Numbered from the stretch's first letter, positions 23,782-36,957 are shown. The stretch: DNA of 64,000 nucleotides from Octopus bimaculoides (GCF_001194135.2 NC_068983.1:61224934-61288933), one strand, 5' to 3'. Notes: generated by a model from the letters alone, not told the origin. Program-made: numbers and translations.

Positions 23782-24778
23782 CTATTAATCCCTGCTGAAA
23801 GTGGATCCTATCCACAAGTAGCTGAGCGACCAGATACTCTGTTAGTTCAAATCTCCAAAATGTCAGCAACCAATAAACAGAGTGAGGAAGACACCAGTCA
23901 TGAGAAACTATTACTGGCACTGGAAGAACAAAGCCAGTGCTGTCTACTTAAATCAACAGAGTTCCCAATGGATCAGAACGAACTTTTGGTGTGTCCACAA
24001 CATGTATGTAGTCATGTCTTAGAAAAGGACTGTCTTAATGCCTACATAGACTCATATGTGAAACAAGTGTTGACAAACTACAAGTTGTCATTGTCTGGCA
24101 CTAACACAACTACAAACGCAGCTGAAATAGCTGACAGGAGAAGATTGAAAACCAACAGTCTCAAGCTGGATGCTGCATATGATATCTGGAATGTACATAT
24201 TGATCAGATATGGATGGACTTCACCACACGCAAGTCTCGGCCTGTTCCTTTTCTAGAGTCTTTCCCAGTGACATTTTGGTTTTGGCGAACTCAGCCCTGT
24301 AAAAGTAGGGGGAAGAAGGAAGGAGAGAGTAGATTTGACCATAAAGGCAGTTCTAACTTGAATGGGAGTCAGGATTATAGTGACACTTCTGAATTAGCTG
24401 ATAGTGATAGTTCAACAACACTTTGTGATAATGATGGCCACACGGACATCTGTGCAATAGTATGTATCAAATCAAAAGTTCAAGTCCTAATCACACATTA
24501 CCAGTATTTGTTCATGCTACGGCTTGCTGAGTCTTTAACAACCTTTCAAAAACAACTAGATGCTGACACTGAATATTTCTCCGGAACATTGGCATCTTCA
24601 TCAATTTCTTTAACAACATTTGTGCAGGACATTGAAGTAGCGATGGTTTTCCGTAAACCATCTGAGAGTTCATTCCATAATGGAAACATGACTGAGGCTC
24701 ATAGCAGTACCATAAAAGGAAGTATACCAGAACTGTCGCTTCCTGACCGGCAAGCAGAATTGGATGGTTGGCCAAACA
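23782..24778 (+). CDS. BLTP3B: BLTP3 coding exon (997 nt): LLIPAESGSYPQVAERPDTLLVQISKMSATN...DGWPN
   Basis: tctccag| acceptor, |gtaagt donor; ORF 23860..24846 contains W-V-HIDQIW-DF, FLESFPVTFW and HYQYLFMLRL. Confidence 0.93.
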
Positions 24779-25146
24779 GTAAGTTAATGTGCACGACTGT
24801 CATTTGTTTGATCTTGCTTCCCTCCAGGGGGTACAAATATATATAATACCCTCTCACCTTTCCATATATACATCATCATCATCATACACACACACATCAA
24901 ACATCCTCTCACCTTCCCAAACACAATCCTTCCTTCTATAAACACCACTAATATATAATGTGTTATTTCTGTTCTTTTGCTTTCACTCATCTGTCAAGTT
25001 TCATAAATATTTTGTATTTGTTATCTATAATCAATGTAAGTCTAATTATAATCATTATAGATTTTATTAATTCTTCCTAAGAACATGTAATAATTTCCTG
25101 CTGTATTGTTTGTTGATCCATCAATGAATTTCTATGTTATTTGCAG

Positions 25147-25766
25147 ATGACATGAACAACTATGATGGCAGCTTAAGTTACATCTCAAAATCTTACAGTG
25201 ATTCTCGTTTAAATATCTCCAAGCATAGAAGTATGAATGGAGAGCTAATGGAGGGTTTGATCCATGAAGATAGCATGCAACCATTGAATACAGCATTAGA
25301 GAACAGTACTCCAAACATTAACCTCTGCAGTAGTGAAGGTGCATCAGAATCTGTAATGCCTATGTCACTCGTAACATATAGTGCAGCTTCAGACACTGTT
25401 TATTCAACAATAAGTTCCTTAAGCAGTTCAGATGCTAAAAGTGCTGGGCCAGCAGTTACATCACGCAAATCCAGTTTTAAAAGTGAAAAGAAAAAAGTTT
25501 TATCGACAGCTTGGTCAAATTTTACTGACAAGTTGAGGTCCATGAGTGATTTAAATGACGATTCTTTGCTTGGTACTGAAGACCTGGAACCAGGTCAGAC
25601 TGATTATTCTTCAGATGATGAGTCGTTTGAACATCTGTCATTAGAAGACGCTGAAGAACTTCCTGCATTTGAAAAAAAACAAACTCTTGATGCTCAGGGC
25701 TCTTTTGAAACTACAAGCCAAGACAGCAGTTTAGAAACTACATCAACAGCTCGGGAAAAGCAACTA
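25147..25766 (+). CDS. BLTP3B: BLTP3 coding exon (620 nt): acidic/Ser-rich, probably disordered region
   Basis: tttgcag| acceptor, |gtatgt donor, phase 1/0; ORF 25134..25856. Confidence 0.9.
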
Positions 25767-27295
25767 GTATGTGTTATTTATATTTTCTCCTTTTATGTGG
25801 TTAGCTTTGCAATAACTTCATATGAAAGTTTTCTTTCACTTATTTTTCCAATATGATGTGGCACAGTGTGTTTAAAGTGAAGATATATGACTATTGGGCA
25901 TGTGTCCATGCACTTACTACAGTTAATCATTTGTGTTTGTGGCAAAGGCACATAACTTTGCTTGCTTCAGTCTGCCTTGCTGGTAACAAGTTCTACTTTT
26001 ATTTCATAGTTGAGTTGTTAGAATTAAGAAAGACATGCAGCTGTAAAAACAATTAGACCAACAATATACAGATGTTCAAATTAAATAAAATAATCATTCT
26101 TTAAAAATCTGTTTAAAAGCTAGAGCACAAAACTAGTGATGTTGATGAAGTTAATGTTCTTTATGAGCTTCAGTTACTTGACAACTAGTTCAGAGAAACA
26201 GATGTTATTGCAGTAGTTATAGAAGAGGCTGGGAGGAAAATACAAAACATATGTGAGTCTATACCAGTAGTGTGTTGGTGAGTGTTTGTGTGTCAGTCTT
26301 CTCTTGAATGTGCTCTGTTCCAGATATGTGAGCAGTTGTTACAATATGAGTTTTATTAGAGTTTTGTAGATGGTCAGCAAATGATCAGAGGTTGAGGTAT
26401 TTCAAGCCCTAAAAAAGAAACCTAGAGTTTGTGATGTTTTTCTACAGATACCTAGCATGAGCATGTCAAAATAGATGTAAAACAGAGAAAATAAGTCATA
26501 ATGTGTGAAGATATACTGGAAGGAGAGAGTTCTGCCTGACTAACTATCAACATATCAGTTACAAAAATATCAGATTTTGTTATAGAGAAGAAGTTTCACG
26601 TATTAGTGGATGCCTGTTATAAATTACTCATCTGGAAATAGTTTATATTTTCTGTCACTTTCCTAAAGTATGCTAAATATTTATGTTGCATATTGTTTCT
26701 TCAAATGCTTACTCATTAATTACAAAATTTGTTTTTTTTTTTAATCCATAATTGGCCTACCACCAACATGATGTTTTGTGTATATTACGTTTCTGAATGA
26801 CTTTGTATGTTTCATTTTTAGACCCTATAAGTTACATCCATTTACACTGGCCCCATTGATCCACTTCTATCCCTATCACCAACTTGCTTCTCATCTTTAT
26901 CTCCAGCCAATGAAGGAACCTTTATTTAATCAGTTGACCTGCTAGAAATAGCAGTCAAATCTCTTACACTAGTATCATAAAAAAGAAAGGATACATTAGG
27001 TAATGTAGCTTGAGGTACACTATTATTGCAAACAAAAAAAAAAAACCCAAACGGGATAGTCTTGGCTTGACTGCCTTTGATTGTACATCTATTTGATGGC
27101 AGTTGAACATATCTCTAGCAAATCAATATTATTCACTATCATTATATGTCCTCACATTTGCAGCTATTTCAATAGCATATAATTTCAAGTCCTTTCTCAA
27201 TGCAAGCTCATATTGTGTAAAGTAAAAATGAAGCTACACAGTGAAGCAATAAGTTAAATTCAATCAAATCATTGCATACGTTTTTTTTTTTTCAG

Positions 27296-27452
27296 ATCAA
27301 TGTTTCAATCTTCCATTTGAGCCGAACTGAAGCATTTGTCCAGAACTTGAGAAGTGGTACTGTGTTACGTTGTCAATTACAAAATATTGATGTTGCTGAA
27401 TCAAGAGGTTTCAGCTGGGAAGGATTCCATCGCAAGTTTACCTCATCAAAAG
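27296..27452 (+). CDS. BLTP3B: BLTP3 coding exon (157 nt): INVSIFHLSRTEAFVQ...FHRKFTSSK
   Basis: Long T tract + cag| acceptor, |gtattt donor, phase 0/1. Confidence 0.9.
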
Positions 27453-27549
27453 GTATTTTTCGTATATTTTTGTAGTAAAATTAACATTGTTTCCTAAGGG
27501 TCCCTATTGTTCTATTCCATTAATGAAGTCAATAGCTTAAATGTATATC

Positions 27550-27923
27550 ACAGGCATGGCTGTATGGTTCAGAAACTTGCTTTGCAACCATGTAGTTTCT
27601 GGTTCAGTCCTACTGCCAGACATCTTTGGGCAAGTGTCTTCTACTATAGCCTCAGGCTGACCAATGCCTTGTGAAAGAATCTGGCTGATTGAAACTGTGT
27701 TTTTGTGTTTGTACTTGTCTCCCACCACTGCTTGACAGCCTGTGTTGGTTTGTTTATGCCCTCATAATTTAGCAACTTGGCGAAAGACAATGATAGAAAA
27801 AGTACCAGATTTAAAAGTAAAAAAAAAAAAAGTACTGGGGTCAATTTATTCAACTAAACCCTTCAAGACAGTGTCTTAATATGGCTACAATCCAATGACT
27901 GACACAAGTAAAAGATAAAAGAT
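27550..27923 (+). mobile_element. tRNA-derived SINE, family 1 (diverged)
   Basis: CAGGCATGGCTGTATGGTTCAG...GGTTCAGTCC...GGCAAGTGTCTTCTACTATAGCC...ACAAGTAAAAGATAAAAGAT. Confidence 0.8.
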
Positions 27924-28646
27924 CCATTTTCTAAAATGTAATTTGAGTAGCAGGTATATGAGTCAATGACATGCTAAATTACCAGCTGAAAGGTAACTTG
28001 TTCAAATCTTTGACCAGCATTGTTTTGTGTCTAAGGACAAGTCACTTAACTTCTAATTGGCTCATTGATTAGCCATCTGCTGTGATAGGTGATGGGTTGT
28101 TGGAACATGCACATGGCTTGTGTATTTGAGTTATTGATGTGAAGTCTGCAGTGCATAACTGTTCAGCTTATCAGTTTTCTCCTGTAGATAATCTATCTTT
28201 GAGGAGAAGATTACCAAGTCAAGTGTACACTCAAGTTCTAAATGTGAGGGAAAGTGTCCACATAATACCTCTGATGTAGTCTTACTGATGATCCATTCAT
28301 TGTTAATTAAGAAATAGATGTGGAGAGAATACAGCCTTGTCACAACTAGATTTCACTGATGTTTCATAATCTTGTGGGTTAAGTTTACAGAAGGTTAAGT
28401 TTACAGAAGGTTAAGTTTCCTAAATGTTTTCTGTAACATCTTCATTACCTAAATCATTATTATCTAACTTTGTCAACATTTTATACGTCTTCCTCTATCT
28501 CAGCTTACATTAATCAATATGTGGGACAGGTTCCTCTGTCTATCAATTAATAGGTAGCTGAATAGTTTTCTGTTTGTTATTTATTACTTTAAACACATTT
28601 CTCATCCAATTTGGCTGGTAAATCTGCAGTTGTTGTTTTGTATTAG

Positions 28647-28906
28647 GTTTACAGTATGAGACAAAATCAATGTCAACAGCCCAGTTCCCAGTACGACTAA
28701 AGTATATGATTGGTCCTGGTCTGGCTGAATTAAAGAATGATCTCATTGGACAAGAGCGGGGATTTTTACACATTGACTTGGCTGACATCAACCTGACATT
28801 CCAGATGTCAGCTCTTATGAATATAACTGATCTGATTGAGGACGAGCTCCCTCCTGTCTTCATGCCACTCTATATCAGCATCAAAGACCTGACACTGACA
28901 TTACAG
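28647..28906 (+). CDS. BLTP3B: BLTP3 coding exon (260 nt): LQYETKSMSTAQFPVRLKYMIGPG...EDELPPVFMPLYISIKDLTLTLQ
   Basis: tattag| acceptor, |gtaagg donor, phase 1/0; ORF 28670..28996. Confidence 0.9.
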
Positions 28907-29437
28907 GTAAGGCTTTTTGGACAGCTATTGAATAATTGTTTTATTTTACAGTTTCAAGCTGTTGTATCGGACACTGCTGCTATAGGCAGCTACTGAACAG
29001 ATAACTGACTGTTTTCAGGGGTATGGAATGTAAATATTAGGGTCAAGTTAGAGGTGCATGCCAGAAAACAGGGTTCAATAAAATCAGTACCAGAAAGTGA
29101 AATAACAAAGGCTTAATGCCTCTCTAAGTTGGGTAACAGACTTAATCTGTCACACGGTTTAACATCACTGCCCCGCCTTTAGTGAAGCTCGCTCTGTTTG
29201 CAAGTATTCAGGCCAGGCCTCCAGTTTGAGGATATATTCCTTCTTTATTCTCACGAGTTTCTGTCCTCTTTCTTGTTAACTCTCTCTCTCTCTCTCTCTC
29301 TGGTTGGCCAACTATGTACCCCCTAAGACACCTGTTTCTGTCTTTCTGTCACACTCTAACTTTTATCATCTGATGCAAAATTACCTCCTCCAATGTCCCC
29401 TCCCTTCTCAAAGATGCCTTATCTTACAAGTTACTTG

Positions 29438-29710
29438 GTGACCCTGCCAGTGCTGGTGCCACATGAAGTGGTTGGCATTTGGAAGGGCATCCAGTTGTAA
29501 AAACCATGCTAAAACTGACCTTGCCCGTGCTGATGCCATGTAAAAAGCACTCAGTCCACTCTGCAGGGTGGTTGGTGTTAGAAAGAGCATCCCGCCATAA
29601 AACAGACACAGAAGCCTGGTGTAGTCTTCTGCCTGGCTGGCTACTCTCAAACCATCCAACCCATGTCAGAATGGAAGGTGGACGTTAAACAATGATGGTG
29701 ATGATGATGA
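29438..29710 (+). mobile_element. Older RTE-LINE 3' tail fragment
   Basis: GTGGTTGGCATTTGGAAGGGCATCC...GGACGTTAAACAATGATGGTGATGATG. Confidence 0.75.
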
Positions 29711-30177
29711 AATGCCTTTCCTGTTACCAATCCTCACCTGTTTCCAGGCAAGGTAATATTTTGCGATGGCTGAACATGTTCTCCCAGAAAGTTGGAAATG
29801 AATGACAGCTTCTATGATGGTGACACTCATTTACAACTGTTGAATGATGTCATATACTGGAAGGCAAAGTTTGCTCAACAGATAGCAAGTACCACTTCTT
29901 TATAGTTGAGTAATTAGTTACTGGAAGGGCATCCAACTGTGAAAACAATTGCTCCAAGAACATCTTCACTTGTATAGCATAGCAAATATAAGACAACCAG
30001 ACACACACACTTTTTAAAGAATGTCTTATTGATATTTTAATTTAGTCAAAATGTATCAGCTGTTACGTGTTGTTACTTATACAGTATATATTTGTTATTA
30101 TAAACTATACTAGTATTTCTTCAGACTTCTACTCATATTGTTGTTAAAAGTACACTATGCACAAAGCAGAGAAACTA

Positions 30178-31353
30178 TTGGGCTGGCAAGAAAGTAGTTT
30201 CGATTTTTTAATGTGAAATAAAAGTCATATTTTTCATACAAAGAATGAACTTAAATCAATTATATATTTTCCATTTTGTTTGATGACCTTTTGCCATCTT
30301 TCTGGCAACTTCATGATTTCATGTAACTTCTGGTCCTTATCAGCAAAAAAATGGAAGCAAGTGTGATTTCAGTTCATATCATTATTATTGAAAGAATTTT
30401 GCAAACTTCAAAATAAATGGTAATCTGATGGTGCAAGGTCAGAGCAATATGGTGGATGTGACATCACTTCCTAATTTTTCATGAGTTAGCAGAGATGTGT
30501 GTGGTCTAGCGCTGTCATGGTGGAATATGATTCCTTTACGATTTGCCAATTCTGGCCGTCTTTCTCTGATTGCTTTCTCCAGTTTCATTAGTTGTTGATA
30601 GTAAACCTCTGAATTGATTGTTTGGTTTCTGGGAAGCAGCTCACAATACACAACACCTTTGTAATTCTACCAAATTGCCAGCATAACCTTTTTTTTTATG
30701 CAATTCAACTTTTGATATAGTTTGTGCTCATTCATTATGCTTCGACCATGATTGTTTTCGATTGATGTTATTGTAGACAATCTATTTTTCATCACCTAAG
30801 TGAGTCTTTTTCAATCTATGTGGAACCCAAATATCAAGCTTTTCAACGAGTCCAAGACATTTTAAATGATTTTAAATTATCGTGTGTGATACATTTAACC
30901 TCTCTGCAATCTCTTGCAATATGACATTCAGATTCAATTATGGCTTTGATTTGGTCATCATCAACTTCAGTAGATTGACCAGAACATTGGTCATATTTGA
31001 GTGAAAAATCTCCAGAATGGAATTTTTAAAACCAATTATGATATGTGCATTCTCTTAAGTGATCAGCACCATAAACTTCACATATCTCTTTGTGAGCCTC
31101 AGCAGCTTTCTTTCCTTTACGGAAATAAAGAATCAAAATACGGCGAAAATGTTCGTTTTTACACTCCATCTTAAAGTTGACACTGAACTAATAGCTGTGA
31201 ACAAAATTACGTACAATTTGCTTCTAAAGTAAGCTAAAAGTAATGGCTATCAAATGTCAAAAGGAAAAAAATCATAACATTGACAAAAGTCATTCAAAAA
31301 GATCATAGCTCTATCTATTTGTGAAAAACGAAATTACAGTCTTGCCAACCCAG
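30178..31353 (-). mobile_element. Second mariner transposon (mellifera-like), decayed transposase, ATG at 31169
   Basis: TIRs TTGGGCTGGCAAGAAAGTAGTTTCG and reverse-complement CTGGGTTGGCAAGACTGTAATTTCG. TA at 30176-30177 and 31354-31355. Motifs MECKNEHFRRILILYFRKGKKAAEAH, DIWVPH, IIFHHDSARPH, HPPYCSDLAPSDYHLF. Confidence 0.92.
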
Positions 31354-31489
31354 TATTCTCAATATTGTCCTTAACAAAAAGCAAGAAAACCAGTTTTTTT
31401 TTTAACCCTTAAAAATCTAAGGTTTAATGTTTATAAATCTATAATACTGAAATCATTTTACATTAGTTATCACTGTTACTATTTCACAG

Positions 31490-31595
31490 GAAGACCGTCC
31501 ATCCAGCTGTGGCAACTCTAGTCAACCACCAACTGTAATTTCATTGCATCGTTCAATAATCGATCGTGGAGGGGATGGAGTCTTTCATATCAGAG
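31490..31595 (+). CDS. BLTP3B: BLTP3 coding exon (106 nt): EDRPSSCGNSSQPPTVISLHRSIIDRGGDGVFHIR
   Basis: ttcacag| acceptor, |gtaaac donor; resembles recalled human KRSDDGVFHIG. Not in the ORF track. Confidence 0.9.
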
Positions 31596-32275
31596 GTAAA
31601 CATGTTTGTATTTCTGAATAATTTGGAAGAAGAAGCATATATGTAGTTTTAATTTATTATTTAATGTTGATATAACATGAAGAAAGGTTCAGAAATGTGT
31701 TTACTCATTAGGAAAGTAAATAATCAAAGGGAGAAAATGTATTAAAAAAAAAAAAAAAAAAAGAGTCAAAAGACACATTTTAAGTGATATATAACTTCTA
31801 TTTAAATGAATGAGTTTTCAACTAAACACAGTGCTGGATATAAATAAAAAGATCAGTTCTCATACTCAAATGATCTGTCTTTGCACATGCACTCAGGTAG
31901 TTTCTAGGATGTAATACTAAGCTACATAACACCTAAGTTTTTGGAGCTAGCAAATAACTAGGAGGCAGCTCCTCTTCATAATATAAATAATCTTACTGCT
32001 GTACATTGCAAAGAAATTCTCTACTGGTGCTCAGTAATACTCTGTAGCAATTACTGTGCTCAGAGAAGACTTTTTGAATGATTTTAACTGAGGTGTCCAG
32101 TATTGAATCAAACTGACACTTATAGAATGTCTGAAAGTAAATTCTGAACTAGATTTGAACTTCAGAATTTACTTTCAGACATTCTAGATTTGAACTTCCC
32201 TCAATTATTTTTTCCATTTTATATTATTTAAAAATGTTAACTCTCATACAATGTGATATTTCTTTTGACCAACAG

Positions 32276-32784
32276 GTGCTAGAGAGAGCGAATATTACAA
32301 AAGGATCTCAAAATCATCCTTGATTACCAAAAATTCATCAGGTGAAGACCAAAACACCTTAGAAGCAGCTTTATATGGTTCTGTTAGTACTTCTAGTCGA
32401 ATAATTGAACAGTTACATAATGAGAATGAAGAACTGGTATCTGTTAATAGAAAGCAAGCTGAAACTTTAGAGAATTATACAATGCTTATGGCAGAAGTTG
32501 CCAGTTTGAAGGATGAAAACCAGAAACTTAAGGAATCTTTAGATGAAAAGGTCTCTCAGATACAAGATTCTAATCAGAATTTCTCCTCAGAACATATAAC
32601 ATCATTAGAAACTGAAAATCTGAAGCTATTACAAAAGATTACTTACTTAGAAGAAGAAATACAAACATCTGTTAAAGAAAAGGACTCGTTACTAGCAACA
32701 ATGCACCTGCTTCAAGAAGAGTTGCTTTCATCAGAGCAACAACGCACCAGTTTCCAGCATCTACAAAGTCCTAATCAAGCATAA
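32276..32784 (+). CDS. BLTP3B: BLTP3 last coding exon (509 nt), C-terminal coiled coil, TAA stop
   Basis: ccaacag| acceptor; in frame with ORF 32320..32784; heptad-rich ending DSLLATMHLLQEELLSSEQQR. Confidence 0.92.
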
Positions 32785-35624
32785 TTTATTAAAATTATCC
32801 TGTATAACAGACTTTGAAGGTCTCACTGACTGTTGCTTCTGATTTTACTGGTTACCCATTCAATATTATTTAGTTTTTCCTCTATAGTAAGATATCTGCC
32901 AGAATACAACATGATGTATAGAATGGTTCCTTGACAAGTTTTTATAATCTATCTTATATTTATTCAATTCTTTAAAAAATGACAAGGTTTTTGTTTTAAT
33001 CCCCATTTTGTAATGCAATGGGAATAACATAGAAATAGTTAAGAATTGTTAATGAGATTAGAAAGGTAATAATTTTTCTAACATTTTGTCAGTTATACTA
33101 TAAGTATTCTGATGAGATCATAATGAATGATTTATTTCAAAATGAAATACAACACTTGCAGTTTTTCATCTAAATTTCATTCTAATTTTCTCAGAAGGAA
33201 TGGAACATTTACTTATATTGCTATGAAGTAGTTCTGTTTCTTCTACTACATTTGTTAGAGTTTTAAGAAAATTAGAAAATAACCTAGATCTATTTTAGTT
33301 TCACTATCAGTTTCATGTAAGTGATGCTATCTGGTTGTAGTTCTAAAACAGTTTACTGTATATAGGTGTTTGTGTACACTTTTGCGTATACACACTGCTA
33401 TGTAATATATATTTGGTTGTAAATAGTTGTCTTTGTTTGTGTGTGTGTGTGTGTATGTGAGAGAGAGAGCATGTGTGTATGCATGTATGTATGCCTATAT
33501 ATACACATACACACATACATATATATGAAAAGTTTGTAAATACTTTAATATAATTGAAAGATGTATTTCTGGTGTATGTGTAGTGAATTATGGAAAAAGG
33601 AATTCATTTTATATATATATGATATAATATATATATATATATATATACGAGTTAAAGTACTGGACTAGAGTCAAACCTTATATCAGCTATTGTGCTGTGC
33701 TCCTGAGCAAAGGACATAACTCTATTCTTTCAATTGAAACTGATAAAAACAGGTTCTATCCTACTTCATGGTTGAGTGCTTAGTGGTAAAAACAATTGCT
33801 CTAATAAAAGGAAAATCATCTTTCGCATGAATGCATGGAAAACTGAATGTAAAACAGTTAAATATATTATGTATGGAAAGATAAAATATATATACATCAA
33901 GCAAATGTTTAAACATAAGGCAAATGAATTCTTACAAGGTGTTGGGGAAATTCCTCAAGAATTACTTTGAGCCATGTGACTGCAGAACTTCTGGACATAT
34001 CTAATGTTATAGTGAAATACACTGAATACCAATGAGAGGCTAAGGTACCGGAGAATGATATAAATTCAATGAGAGTGTCACCTCTGTTGGTCCAATGATC
34101 AATACATTATGTCACATTTCAAAGATTAGGCTTTTGCAATTGATAAACTTTAAACAGTGCACTCCACTTGTGACTGGAAATACTGATTGTACTACATGTC
34201 TATGCACCTTATCATGCACATAGATGATGCTCGCATGTCGGCACTCAGTGTGTAGCAGTGGGAGATGTAGGGTATTGTTTCCAAAGTCTTTCTCTGATAT
34301 AATTCAATATTTTGACTGAGTCAGTTAACAAAATAAAATTATTTATCAAGGTTTTTTTGGCATATGAAATATGCCAGACACATTTGTTTTACCCAAATGC
34401 TTCCACTACACTGTCAATGATTTCAGTTGTGTCACAGTTTCTTCAGAGAAACAGATTAGTGTTGTGTTATGTGGAGTTATTTGGTGTAGTGTGGTGTGTT
34501 AGTGGGTAACACCAGTCAACTCTGCTCCATCAAACTTATGGCATGAGAACAGAGTGGTATGTGATATAGAATTGCATTTGGTGTGTTGTGTGATGTTTGT
34601 GTTTTGTGAGTGTATCACTGTAATCAGCTTCTATGATATATCAGGGTCCAATATTGTGCAGGAACATGCTGGCTCCTAGTAACTTCAAATGTGGTTGTCT
34701 AAGGTTGCACTGAAGTTCACTGAGTATCTTCTGACTTTCTTTGTCTAAGATAAGAACCACTGCTAAATTTAGTCATTAGAGAAATATGAAGATAAAGAAT
34801 ATCTGATAATAAATTTAGCAGTCACTATGTTAAATAAGTTACCTCCATAAACACCTAGTCTCTATTCAGCTTTAAAAAAAAAGTTGTCACTAAAGGTATT
34901 ATTATCCATTGTTTTATCAGTGAGGTGGTGTAGATGGTATAGAGCCTGATCAGATGCTTTATGGTTGTTAAATGTCTCATGTTTCTGAGTTGAGATTCCA
35001 TTAAGTTTGATGTTACCCCTTATTCTCTTATTGAGTATTGGTAAAATAAATTCCAATACTGAAATGAAACCAGTTGACTATTCCTTCTCTTTCACAACAT
35101 GGCTATGTTGGTTTTGATCTTTAAAAAAGATTTATTTGGAAATTGGTGAATAATAATTTGTCATCTAGTTGTGTTGTAGTAATTATAAATAGATCAAATC
35201 AGTACAAATGTACACATATGTGTGTATAATATATAAAATGTAATTTGTTTGTCTTAAACTTCACATTCTACTGAAAGAAGCTAGTGTTGTTATGAAGCTT
35301 AGACACTTCGGTTAGAAATAATTTCACCCTGTCTGATCTTGTAACCCAGAAGTTTACTAAGCTGAAAGAAGCTGTTGTCCAAATATATGACCCACCCTAT
35401 CACCTGCCTGTATGTATATGAACACTGTACACATATTGCCAAAATATTGCAACTGAAGAAGTTTTAGTGCAGAGTCTACAAAGAAGGTTTCAATAAATAT
35501 TTTTAAAAGTTAAAAGCAGAAGTCTTTCTTTAATTCCACCTTGTGTGGGTTGGCTGAGAATGAGAGAAAAGACCGTTTGTGTGTGTGTGGTGCCAACTTC
35601 ACTGTAGTGTTTGATCAATTATAC

Positions 35625-35630
35625 AATAAA
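35625..35630 (+). terminator. Candidate poly(A) signal for a ~2.9-kb BLTP3 3' UTR
   Basis: AATAAA followed by GT-rich sequence at the end of a stretch lacking recognisable transposons; other AATAAA hexamers exist upstream. Confidence 0.3.
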
Positions 35631-36926
35631 AAAACAAATGGTGAACATTTTGATGTGTCCTGTGCTTAATTATAAATACTGTGACCATCTTAATTTTCCA
35701 TATCTTGAGACACTTATAGTTCTGTCTGTGCGTCTCTATTCAATGTAACTAAGTAAGCTGCTTAATTAAATGGAAGGGCATAACCAGCTTATCTAAATGC
35801 AGCCCTGAGCCAATGAGAGAGCCTCTATTCAACAACTTGACTTGCTAGAAACAGGAGCTAAATATCCCTCAAATCACACCCTAGTGGCATAGGTATGCTG
35901 TACTTATGAAAATGACAAAGTGATTATTGTTAGAATGTCTTTGATCAATATCTCTGTGCTATCAAGGCTGAACAACAATTGCTGGTCTAAAGGAACAGAA
36001 CCAAAATGTTACTTGTATCTTCTTCGTATTTCTGTAAATTCATCAACAAAAGGAAACAGTAGAAACTACAATGTAGTTCCAGAGACTTCGTTCAAATATT
36101 TGCAACAGAACAGAATCCACTAAAGGTACATGAGCCAGTTGGTGATGTTAAAGGTGAGTAAATAATTAGATCTACCATCCAACACAAAGTGTTATACCTT
36201 AAACAAGGCGCTCCACCTATACGAATCAACTAAATTGACCAGTACTGATATATCACCATTGAGCAACTGATAGTAGTCAGGACATCAAACCCCCAGTTAA
36301 TAGTAGTAAAGATATCCAGGTTCATCCTTTGAGAGTAATCTGTAGTGTTCTCTTTTGTTCTGGATATACTATCTGCACATTTAAGCTCATTTTACATTGT
36401 AGTCCCTACTTCAAAAGTTGCAATATGAAGAGAAGTTTTAAGGAAGGTTTGGAAGCTTCAATAACTACATTGGTAACTTTTTCAAGTTCCTAAGTCCCAG
36501 TAACATACTACTTTCATATAAACATTCAAAAATTAGAAGGATGACTATCTTGCAGGTACATGGTAACTTCACAAGTGTTGGTGCTACATAAAAAGCACCC
36601 AGTACACTCTGTTATGTGGTTGGCATTAATAAGGGCATCCAGCCATAGAAACCATGCAAAAACAGTAGAATGTGGTGGAACCCTGGCTTGTGTGTTCTTG
36701 TCAAGCCATCCAACCCATGCTAGCTTGAAGAAAAAGGCAGATCTTTTTCATTTGCTTTCAACCACTTGAATATTTTTCAATTCTCAATGAATTGTTTTCA
36801 AATTTTTCACAGATGCAGTTTTGCATGCTGATGATGAATAATAATTAACAAGAGAGAAGTATTTAGTTATATATTTTTAGCCAATGAAATGAGTTGTGTT
36901 CTCACAAGTGGAAACTGAAAATGTCT

Positions 36927-36957
36927 GCTGCCATGGCAACCAAGTTGCCATAACAAC
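36927..36957. promoter_or_regulatory. Tandem RFX X-box-like motifs
   Basis: GCTGCCATGGCAAC-CAA-GTTGCCATAACAAC; each is one mismatch from GTNRCC(N0-3)RGYAAC. Confidence 0.35.

Larger units (their letters stand above)
5365..32784 (+). other. BLTP3B: Gene span: bridge-like lipid transfer protein family 3 (BLTP3A/B = UHRF1BP1/UHRF1BP1L, SHIP164), 17 coding exons in window, N-terminal exons missing
   Basis: Spliced translation tracks human UHRF1BP1L as I recall it: IQWTKLKTQPICL, ETCEEPRSP, YGFVERAIDG, FKEVDWQ, LLLDDLLWVLTETQLK, IDLHLCDD, GGAMQ...IDYYP, C-terminal coiled coil. All introns are GT-AG and phase-compatible; exon sum is 4272 nt. Confidence 0.93.

Noticed and set aside
28381-28418. AAGTTTACAGAAGGTT repeated ~2.4 times
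   Set aside because: Simple slippage duplication without spacers; not CRISPR-like and no sign of function
28648-28654. Alternative TTTACAG acceptor 8 nt into the BLTP3 exon
   Set aside because: Would shift the frame into an immediate TGA; the TATTAG acceptor at 28646 keeps the frame
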